Assembly (NCBI GenBank): GCA_965202585.1
Contig: OZ241829.1
Coordinates: 65,658,001 to 65,722,000 of the forward strand
DNA from: Thalia democratica
Taxonomy: Eukaryota
Reading direction: 5' to 3'
DNA length: 64,000 bases
Part shown: piece by piece, positions 1 through 12,000 of the stretch
Layout: the number at the start of each line of letters is the position of its first letter
Position numbering within the stretch: position 1 is the first letter of the stretch
Program-made: the position numbers and the translations under genes
The notes under the pieces: model-generated
What the model was told of the DNA's origin: nothing
What the model saw: only the letters and a program-made list of their open reading frames with translations
Databases searched by the model: none

Positions 1-3000
1 AATTGGGAAATAGTTGAAACACACGTCGACAATGAGTATTGGACGTTCACAGAAGTGAACTACACTTGCAATCCCGGCTACACGCTTCTGCCCGGAGAAG
101 TTAGAACGCGTGTTTGCGGTGCCGAAAATGAGGACGATGTTTGGGATACTCAATCACCTCCAGTTTGCAAACCTGGTTTGACTGTTTATCTAAAGCTATG
201 ATATCATTTTTTTTTTGTAAACTGCTTATTCAATCTAACAAACATCACACCAGTTTTTTTGTATTGAAACTATAAGTTTCATTTTACTCATCAATTTTGA
301 AGCTAAACGACAAGCAAACAGCTTGCATTTTTCAGATTGCGGCAGACCGCCTGACGTAGCGAACCGAACTTACGACGATGACGTCATACTGGGCAAGTAT
401 TTTTACAACTCGGTGCTGAATTTCACTTGCGATTACGGTTTCGAAGATTCGAGCTCGGTGATTACGGGATCAATCAAGTGTGATGGCGGAAATTGGACTG
501 AGGGTGATACCGGGTGCCCCGGTTACACTTTAACAGGTTAGCTTTAGAGTTTGATGCAAGCTCAAAACAACTAACTTTATCAAAATTATTTTATACAAAT
601 TGAAAATTGTTAAAGCGTGCAGTTATGTGCATAAGTGGTCAGAATTTGTGGTCTTTTTTAACGGTTTAAAGTTAAAACAGTAAATTTGAAGACAGTATTT
701 TAGTTATACGGTTAAGCTTAAACAGTCTAAATCTTTTTCTTGTCAGAAAATAAGTTGTTTAAAACAAAAATAAAATCAATTAAACAATTTCAATTTTAAT
801 AAATAAAGAATCGAATTTAAAACGGCAACGTTGTAGAACAAAATAAAAGAACTATTATCATAAAATATTTTTAAACAATTTTTTTTAAATTAGTTAGTGC
901 AAATCATATTTATAGTTTTGTCGAAACAAGTGCATGAAACTAAAATAAAAGCAAAATTAAAAATGTAATTAGTCCTCGTATAATAATTACTAACAGTTTT
1001 TTTTAACTTACTAAAATAAAATGTAATGTTTAAACTTTATTTCTTTAACAGAATGTGAAAGGCCACCAAGGTCAAGTCGCAATTTTTACGAGATCATCAA
1101 GGAGCCTTTCAAGGATCCGTTGTCAACAGAAGTTTGGCCGGGATCCCAAGTTGAATTTTCTTGCTTGGAGTTTTACGAGTTCAGCCCGAAAGTGGAGTTT
1201 TCAGTTCTGACTTGCCAACGAGACGGAAATTGGATTCCTGAGCTGCCACCTCCTTGCTTGCAAAGTTTGTCAGAATAACTATTAGAGATCAGTAAAAAGT
1301 CACTTTGTACGCTTTTACCACAAACGGTGGTTTCTATTGAGAATACAATACATAGTCAGGCGCATTACACCACAGTGACTATCTGGTGAGTTGAAGGAAA
1401 CTCATAACTTTTATTTTGTTTCAGTTTGCACGATTTTTCCCTACGTGGACCATGCGATTCGCACCATCGAAAACTACGTACAGGACGATGAGTACGAGTT
1501 CTTGTACATCCAGCTGAAGTTCACTTGCAAAAATGGTCACTCCTACGAGCAAAACCGCGCCAACAATCTGGTCGACTGCGAGATTGAAAGGGGATTTCCG
1601 GATTCCTCGCTGCTTCCCGTCTGCACGCAAGGTGAGACTCCGATAAAACTAACATCTAAACAAAAATAACTTAAGTTTAGTTATAAGTTACAAAACTATA
1701 AACCAGAAACATTATTAGGTTGAGTGTACAAAATTAACATTTTAAATTAAAATCCAGGGTATAAAACATTATTACTGATTTGCTGCCTAATACTTATATC
1801 AATGTGTGGATAAAAATATTTACGAGTTGTTGTGGATAGTTAATTAAAATATTCAGTGTGCAGCCCTATACCGGAAGTAGAGAACAGCGCCAGCTACAGA
1901 GTGTATTCGGATGTATATCCTCATTCAAATGAAAGCAACCCGTTCATTGGAAGCTCGGTTGAATATTTTTGCGAAAATCATTACGTGTCCTTGCAAACTT
2001 TCGCAAAATGTCTTCCGAACGGTACTTGGGACACCATTGTGCAATGCTATCCAGGTTTGAAATTTTTATTGCTGTTATATTTTAATATCTTTAGACAAAA
2101 AGTTTTGGAAGCAACGTTGTGTTGAATATATATATTACTGTCATGGAAGTTGTATTAGCTTTTCAAAGTTGTCATTTGTTGCATTCTACCTTATCTGTTC
2201 TGAAGACGAAAGCTAAGTATTTTATTCTTATTAAACTATAATTACTCTTTTTTTGTAAACAATCAAAAAGTAATTTCAAGTAATACTCTCAGTAGTTTTC
2301 GTTTTAATGAAGACTAAATAAAAATAAAATGTACCATCTAAACGAATCTACTCAAAAGTAACTTAAAAGTTGTAACTAAATGTTGTTTGACTTTTACGTA
2401 CATAGTATCTTTTAAATAATTAATTTTGCTCATGGGAATGTCAGACTAAATCAGTAACTTCATAAAGTTAAATACTTTTTGCAGATTGTGGACAATCTCC
2501 AACGATTCTGAATGCAATCAAAAGTGTTACTTACCTTCAATTGAATGAAACCTTGAGCTTGGAATCAGAAGCGACGTACACTTGTGAGAATGGCTATTGG
2601 AGCGTGCCTGCCATCAAAAATGTCACTTTCACGTGCCAAGAAGCTCCCTTGTGGAAGACTACTGAGTTTATATGTTCAAAAGGTGATACATAAATAACAA
2701 CTTTAACTAAGCAATTACTTCTAAGTGTAATAAATTAGTTCACTAAAAAATACTATTGAAAAAAAAGACAAACTTGTTAAAATTATCAAGCTTAAATTTC
2801 AGCTAAATTAAGTTATATAAGCTTAAGTTTTCAACAAATATATTAAGTTTAGTTATAGTTTATATAGCTATGAGTAAAAAAAAGTTAAGTGGTCAAGTAT
2901 GTAAAATTCGTATTTCAAAGTAAAAATCCAGTATATAAAATTTTTAACATATATTTTAAACAAACCATGTCTACTGTAAATATGTCTTTAAAAAAAATGC

Positions 3001-6000
3001 TGTTACAAAACTTTTTTTACTCTTTTAAGCTAAGTACATTTTAACAAACTATGTGATAAACTTGTTTTATTCAATCAACCAACGTTCACAATTCAGAATG
3101 CCCAAAAACTGAACCGTCAACCGGTGTGATAGCCTCACTAGAAAATCTTGCTTACGACGACTTGTTCGTAGCAGGCAGTAAACTCACGTTTTCATGTGGA
3201 AACAATGGAGTTTTGATTGGTGAGGAATCAGTAGAATGCCATGTCAATGGAAGTTGGAACTCTGCTTTTCCATCTTGTTACAGTCGTTAGTTTTAACTTA
3301 CTTTTACTACACTAATGAAAAATCAAATAAAGAGAAATTTTAATGACTTCATAAGTTCTTTTTTGGAGATACAGTATGTGTTCAGTTAATATTTTTGACA
3401 TAAGAACTTTTTTTTATTCAAATAAACTAAATTACAGCTAAAAGAAAACTTAAATTTAAAACACATCTATATATAAAAGGATTTTTTTTTAACTTTTTTT
3501 TTTCGCTGGAAATAACTTTTAACTAAGTAGTTAAATATACAGTTCTTGTTTTCAAACTTATTGTTTAAAAATAATTGCATAAAGTCATCTAAAAAGTAGT
3601 TAAGTTCACATTAAAATTCACAAGTTTATAGCTACAAAACGCTTGTAAGAATTCAAGTAATAAAAACACGTTGTTTTTAGCTATTTATCTATTTTTAAAT
3701 AAAACAGAGTGTCCATCCATGGATCTGGAACTTGCCAACGGCTACGTTTACTTCACCAACCCGCTTCGACGGGGCTACTTTCTCGCCAGTGACGTGTTGA
3801 GTTACGAGTGCAAGGAAGGTTATTTTTTCCTGGAGGGAGTCAAAGAAGATTACGTGTACGAGTGTGCGGAGAATGGCGCGTGGAACAACACAAAAAGTCC
3901 CTTCTGTGTCACCGGTACGTTGACGCCAATAGTCGTTCACCAACTGCATATTTGTATTAAGGATTTATTTTCAAAGCAATAAGATTAATAACCTTTTTAT
4001 GTTTCTTAGTTTATAAGTTAGTAAAAAAAAGTTATTTTACATGTTTTGTTGTGTGAAATTGATTTGCACGTGATTACAAAAGCCTTATGTATCAGATACA
4101 ATTCTCAGAGTTCAAAAAAAAAAAATACAGTTGAAAATTTAAAAAACTTATGCATGTGTCTAGCTTTTTTCAACTGCTGCAAATAAACTGACTTAGATTG
4201 TAAGCACACATCTGTTCATCTATAAAGAGCACAGAAAATAGTTAGCCAAATGTATTTTAACGTATCAATAGTAGCTTTAAAAACAAGGTGTACATAGTTT
4301 TTAGCTGAAATTGTAACGATTCAAGTATTTAAGCAAAAACTTTAAAAAACTTGGAATTATAAAAAAACTAAAAATTTCCACTGTTAAGTTTTAAATTGTA
4401 GAACAAAAATATTTTTGAAATTTATTTCAATAAGTAGTTATTAGCAGAGAGATACTTGAAACTTTAAACCTGAGCAACTCAAAAATGCTAACATCTAAAA
4501 GTGTTTTTTACACACATAGATTGCGGCGACCCACCCGAAGGTGACTTGGTTTCTTGGAATGTCACTGACGGTCCGGCCGGAGACAAGCTGTGGAGCGGCG
4601 TGGAAGTCACCTACGAATGCAAACCCGACCACGAGCTGAAATGGGGGGAAGCGGCAGTTGTGGTTTGCGGGAGCGACGGAAGTTGGAGCGAAGGTACCGC
4701 GCCTACATGCGCTCCCGGTACAGTTAACAAACTAATATCTAACACAGCTTGTTGTGTAATTATTTGTGTTGACTACAAAAAAGCTTAACTTACATAGTAA
4801 AGAGCTTTTTTAAATATTAACAATTACGAAAGTTCGAATTAACTATTACTATTAGGTTTCGGTGAGAAAAATTCCGACCTTATCAAATACTAATAAAGTA
4901 GTAAACTGCACTATAGAGTGTTGTTTATGTAATGAGACCTGGTAACAAATAGAATAACTAAATCGCATTTTTATTATAACTATTTACTAACACAGCTTTT
5001 TAAAATATTTTGTTCTCTTCCTGTTAGTGTGCGACGTGCCACCCATGGTCGAGCATTCCACCACTTCCAACGACACCGTGGCGCTTGAAGCGGAGAGCTT
5101 GGCGTTGAGCGCGATCGAGTACCACTGCGACAGCGGGTACCACATAAACGACGAATCGCTGAGAAGAATCAACTGCGAGTCCGGACCTGTTTGGAAGTAC
5201 ACGCGGCTGCCTACGTGCTTAAAAGGTGATAACATTAAACGTTTAGGTGATTTTTAAAACGCGACGACCATAAACTACAGTACATGTGACATTCTGAGTA
5301 ATAGTTTTTGCGGGGCAGTTTACTGCTTATTGGCTGATGGCGAAAACAGCATTCCAGCTTTGCTGAACTTAGCCGAAATAACAACTAATTTTTGTAACTC
5401 AAAACAGATTTTAAGTACAGTTTTAATATTTCACAGTTTGTGATGATGTACCCGACGTACCTAACGCCAGATCAACTAATTTTACTAACGTTGAAAGAAT
5501 AGAGGATGATTATGTAAATGGTACTACGGTGGAAATAATTTGCAGTGAAAATTACACACAAATCGAAACACAGACGGTGTGTGGCGTCGACGGCAAGTGG
5601 ACACCAAAAATGAATTGCTACCCAGGTCTGAAACTATGTTTAGTTTTTATAAAAAAAAATCTTATTTAATTATATCTACAAACATATTTCTGTGCTAATC
5701 TTATCCAAGCTCAAAAAGGCATATGTTTTAAATAAAGTTAAGAGGTATGATATCTAAGTAACTAAGTTAATAAAATTTCATCAAATATATTTTTTTTCAG
5801 AATGCGAAGCATTAAAAGACCGTGACCATGCAAACAAAACTGTAATAAAGTCAGTGGTGATCAACGAAAATAAAACGCTTGAGTACGTAGTCAGCTACGC
5901 ATGCGACGAAGGTTACAGAACTGAACCGAGAAATACTGACACGATCCACACCTGCGACAACGGCAAATGGAGCTACAATGAGTTTGAATGCGTGGAGGAT

Positions 6001-9000
6001 CTTAAAAGTTGGTAGTGTTACGTATAAGCATAGATTAACAATCTTTAATGTTATTTGAATACTTACTTGCTTTTTTCGTTAGCTTTTAATAGCTTTCATT
6101 ACAAACAGTTTGCCCGGATTTACCGTTAGATGATCCGAACAGGGAGTTTAAGTTTTTAACTGAAGTTGAAAAAGGGTATTTGGTTGCTGGAACTGAGGTT
6201 ACTGTGACCTGTAACGGCTTTACAGTTGTTAGCAACACGGATCTGACATACAACAAGTGTCTTCGAAACGGAATATGGCAAAATGTCTTTCCTATTTGTT
6301 TTCCAGGTTAAAAATTTAGATTTTGACTTTTGTTTTATAATTATTTAAATTACAGTAAGATAACTCTGTTTTAATTTGTATTGGTAAAAGTTATTTAGAG
6401 GTATTTATCTGTTAATCAGTGTAAAATCTTAATAAAATTTTTATCGATATATATTTTTTTATTTACTAATCTACTTTTTTTTCAGATTGTTTGGATTTGA
6501 ACACTTGGTCTTCTTCTGCTATTATGGTGAATATTATTAACTATGATCATAACTACCAACAAAACAGTGGACGTTTGTATCCCACTCGAATTGAATACGA
6601 CTGCTCACATGGTTATACGCCACTAAACCCTCACGACACAAATATTTATTGCAACCCGGAAACTGGCAAATACGAACCGGAACCAAAATGCCTTATTTGT
6701 AAGTAATTTCCTATGTTATTAAGTATGTTTCTCTCAATGAAAAATTATTGAAGATTATGTATATCAACCTAATTAAAAACTACATTTATTTTAACAAAAC
6801 ACTAATGCGCATCTATTTTTAAACTTTGTTTTAATTTTTGTTTTTTTAAATTTTTCTATACTTGTTTTTTAGCTAAACGAGGTTGTATAAACAAAGTAAA
6901 ACAAAAAATTTGTGTAATTTCTTATGTAACCAACAAAGTTGTACAAACAGATAAATAACAAACAACCTTTTTATGTTTCAGTCTGCCAAGGTGTACCGTC
7001 GTTCGACGGAGCAACGACCCACATCGTCCACCAGCGGCAGCCCCAACTGTCCAGTTTCGTCTACGGCGACGTGCTGACGTTTTCCTGCGACGGCCACAAA
7101 CGGTTTCTTCCTTCCAACCCGTCGCTGACTTGCCAGGAAAACGGAAGGTGGGGACCCGACACGCTGATTGGCTGCGTTGAAGGTAAGAAAAAAATCCCCA
7201 AAAGTATGAGTACAATCTAATTTGACTTTTTTTTTTACAGATGACGTGTGCCCGTCTCCACCGCAAATCGCCTTTTCCTCGCACCACGACTACTACAGGC
7301 CTCCGACTCCGGCAAACTCTACCGACTCGATGTGGCTTCCGGAAACGATCCTGCATTACGAATGCAACGATCAGTACCCGATAACCGTTCCCGACGACTT
7401 CTTCGGGGCGAAATGCACCAGCAGCGGCGCGTGGGTGGGCGCGTATGGAAAATACCATCCTTCGCATGAAAAACCTCACGATATTAAAATGGACGACAAG
7501 AAGTTCAAGGAAAAGTTTGGAAAATGCGTCACTGGTATTTTTAATTTTTAATGTTTAGTCAACCTTTTTGTGTTTATAATTCACTTGAAGTAAGCTAGTA
7601 GCAGTTTATAGTTTTTTAGTTAGAAATTACGTTCGAAAAGGTACATGATGTCAATTTCAAGTTATTTTGATTTAAAAACTAAACTACCACCAGTACCTTT
7701 GAAATATATTGTTCCTAGGTTAACAATTACCACTTCTAATTAAGTTTTTAGCAAGCCTTTATGTTTCCAATTTTAGTTTATTAAAACTTTTTTTACAATT
7801 GTCTATATTAACCTATGTACGACTCTGTTTTCGGCATGCTTTTTAGAAATTGCGTGGGATTTTTAAAAGGTTTAAAAAATAAGTTTATTTAAAAAATGCA
7901 AAACTTATTTCAGAGTGTGAGTTTCCCGATCCACATAACTCAATAAAAACTGTGCTAAAATATCTTGAAGTCAATGCGTCATACTCCATACCTTCAGTCG
8001 TCAGGTACACCTGTAACGAGGGTTACCATTGGACGCGGGTGGCAGTTGTGAGCTGTCGCCACCAAGATATTCAAGATAAAGGTCCTTTCGGAAGATTAAA
8101 CACGCCGCTTGGATTCTGTGCACCCGGTTAGCTTCATTTAGGTTCAAAGATAAATTTTTGTAAACAAATTATAAAACAACTAATTGTTTTTAAATTAACA
8201 ACCGTAAGTATTTATCTTTTTTGTTTTTTGATATGTCGAATAGTTTTAGTATTGTTAAATCCTTTCAGCGCAAAGTATTGCTACTGAAGTTTGTACATAA
8301 GTTTAAGGTAAAATAAAAAATTACTAATAACTTTTAGCTTGCCCGCCACTCCCATTTTTAATACGAAACGGGGTTAAGCGAGTTATTAGGCAACCGAATC
8401 GAAGGAGCTTGGTTTCCTTCTCGACAACCATACACTACTTTTGCAACCAAGGATTCACTCCGACTTTTGTAAACAGCCGATACAGTTGCAACTACGCTGG
8501 GAGCTGGCAAAATTCAGAGCTGAACCCTAGGTGTTTGAGGCGTAAGTTGTAACAATATTGATAAGTGTTTGTTTATCAGTCCACCTACTATTTGACTTTA
8601 AGGCTGCCCTAACCTGCAAAACGATCCGTACGGAAGTCTTGAAGCATCTGTACAAGCTCGGACTAATTTCTATCTGGCCGGTGACCGAGTTGAACTAAGC
8701 TGTGATGATGACTACGTGTTGAGCTCAGACTTAACAGCTTCAAGTACAACTTTGTCCTGCCTGTCAAACGGAAGGTGGAATTACGAAAAAATACCGGTTT
8801 GTATTAAAAGTGAGTTACGCAAATCAAAAGCTTTTATTCTTATTCTGTTGAACTTTCATTTATGTAAGAAAAAAATTTAAGACGTTCTTTTATTTTGACA
8901 CCTACACTTGTTTTAGAAGTTTTTAAGCACTAAAATTAGTGAACTTACAAGTTTAGTTGATTCGTTTTTTCATTAGTTTAAATGCATTTAAACTAATTTA

Positions 9001-12000
9001 TTAACTTAATTTTATCTACAATATACTTCTTTTCTATTCAATTTGTTTATTTTAAGGATGTGACGACCCTCCTCGAGGCGACTTTCTAAATTCCACGATA
9101 AAGTTCAGTCACGCGCAAGGAGAATACTGGTCGTACACCGTAGTGGAGTACGTATGCAAGGAAAGACACACTTTTAAATATCCCGATGAGGACGGGACTC
9201 GCACTTGTGAAGGAGACGCAAACTGGAGCGATGACTCCCCTCCTGAGTGTGCTCCCGGTTAATAAATGATGAAAATATTATCACTATCCCAACAAATACT
9301 TTTAGTTATATTTAAATCTGTGTGTAAGAAATAACAAATAAACTACACTTAACAGAATGTGAAACTCCTCCAGCCGTTGAAGGCTCAACAATTAATATTT
9401 TAAACGACTCATTTATTGAATACGAATGTTTAGACGGTTATCACATTGACAACGAGTCGAACAGCGTTTTCGAGTGCAGGCTCGGTCCTGTTTGGTTTCC
9501 CTTGGAAACTCCTGTCTGTCTAAAAGGTAAATAAATACCAGTTTTTACTGCAAACTGTTTGTTAGACAAATTTCAAGCGTCTAAAAAGATCCTCTCAGGC
9601 TCAAATCAATTTCCTACTCTAAAATTTTTTAACGGACTATTTTTAAGTGTCTTGAAATGTTATCAAATTTATTACGAGTTTATCTTTTCTAGAATGCAAC
9701 AGCATACCCGTGTACGATAAAACGTTGCCCGCTGTTGTTACAAAGAATGTTTCAAGGGAGGGCAAGCTTATAACCGGATCATCGTTGAATTTCAGCTGTC
9801 AACCAAACTACGGCCTGATCAACTCGATATCGAGTTGTGGCCTCGACGGCAGATGGACGCCCGAGATCACGTGTGTTCGAGGTATGTATATTTGCACGTG
9901 AAAAAATAAATTAAAAACAACTCATTTTTTTGTTTTTAAAGATTGCGGGAATCCAGACGAGATCGACAACGGATCTTTCCTGGTCAACGAAGAGTCGGAT
10001 GAGTATCCTGAAGGTGAAGAGGAACTGTACAGCAGCAAGTATCCGCACCAGGTGACTTATTCTTGCAACCCGTTTCACTCGACGGTTCCCGGAAGCGAGA
10101 TGGTGTTGAAATGCTCGAATACCAGCTTCACGTTTGAACCTGAGTTGCCGGTCTGCTTGCCAGGTGACCAAGTCGTATACAAATGTTTAAGCTCATGATT
10201 TGTACTAAATTTTATTAAAAGTTTTAATCGGTTTTTTAAAGTTTTAATGTTTCAATTTATTTTAAAACCACAGAGTGTTCAACCCCGCCAACCAACAATT
10301 ATTCCACGTTTGATTTTTTCATGAGCACTCACCGTGTCTACCTACCGCCGAACAGAATAAAGTACACTTGCGAAGCCGGCTACAGAACTTTGCCTTCAGG
10401 TCTCAGCGTGCTGCAGTGCGGTGATGACGGGGAATGGACATTTGATGATTTCAAAAGCTGCTACACTGGTTAGATTGTTGACTAGGTTTATTTTGATGGC
10501 TTAAAAGTTAAAGTAAAACGGTCAGTTAAAAATATTGCTTAAGTAGTTATAGTATATTTTTATTCTACTAAAAAGTGATTACAAAACTTAATATTATACT
10601 GCTTTAGTAATAATAAAAACATTTTTAAACAACGTTTTTGTAATTGGAACTATAAAAGATTACTTTAATTACATTGCGTTTAAAAAAAGTATATTTCTAA
10701 AAGCTTTAATACGTCATTCACAATACTTTGAGCAGAGTGTAAACTTTTTTCATAAGTTTTTATATTTAAATAATACTAAACAAATTTAAAACAGTTAAGC
10801 AAAAATTACGGAAAAAATATACAAATACTAATTAAAGTACATTAGTATAACTTTTTCCACAACTTTAATAGAAACAGAATGCAATTCTGCGCCCCCACAA
10901 TTAGACAATGCAACTCAGCATTTCAAATGGCAGTATGAAGGGGTGCATCTTCCAGGCACGCAAGTCAATTATGTTTGCCAGAACGGCTTCATCATGGCCC
11001 CGCAGTTTTTCCAGGGATTTGAATGCAGCGAAAATTCGTTAGAATACGACATTCCTCTCACAACCAGAGAGTCGTTTACTTCTGGTGCTTGCTATCCGGG
11101 TTAGGTTTCAGAATATATATATATTAATTAAAACTTCTTTTTTGCTTTTTTATTTTGTTTTTAAGTTTTTTCCCATTTTGAATTAACAAAATTAACTGGA
11201 AATCTTCAGACTGTGGCGACTGGCCAGACATCCCGAATGGCAAACGGTTCACTGCGGATTCACAGTTTCTATCGGACTTGGTAGGAGAAAGACACGTTTT
11301 GATAATTTCATCCAACTATTTGTGCAACACAGGATATCTTTACACGAGCGCAAATAGCCTTGTAACATGCACTGATTCCTCAAAACCACTAGATGTTAAA
11401 AGTTGCTCTAGAGGTAATATTTTGTTTATAACTATTTATGAACAAAAACATAAACGTAACTAAAATTAAAAAAATAATATTTAAAAATCTAAACAAAGTT
11501 GAAAAGTGTATGTATTCCAGAATGTAAAAGTTTGCCAATTACAAGTATGGACTTTGCAACCGTCGAATATTACAAAAGGCCAAGGACAGATATTAATGTG
11601 GGAGGAACAGAATTCAGATTTGTTTGCGACCAAGGGTACTTCCTCGTGGACCGTCCTGGCTCGTTGCGTGTGAGCTGTGAAAAGCTACGCGACGGTTTTC
11701 AAGAAGATCTAGGAATATGCGGAGTCATTGGTTTCAGGTGTGATCTTAATGGTATCTGGCACTCTTTGGAAAGATCGCGCTGCATTACAAGTAAATTTAA
11801 CGTACCACTTTGAATTAAACACTAGTATTTTTTGCATCAAACTAGTTGGCATGTTTAGTAGTTGAGTGAAACGTGTTCCATGAATTTAATTTAGGTTGTC
11901 TGACACCACCAAGCGACGATTTGGCAACTTGGAAAATTACCAGCACATATTGGGAAGGAAGACTGTTCACCGACACGGTTGTAGAGTACACTTGTCCTGA

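Noticed and set aside
6922-7479. 185-aa minus-strand ORF and similar antisense ORFs over CCP exons
   Set aside because: They shadow GC-rich exons 15-16. In copy 2 the ORF is split by an intronic indel while the sense exons stay intact.
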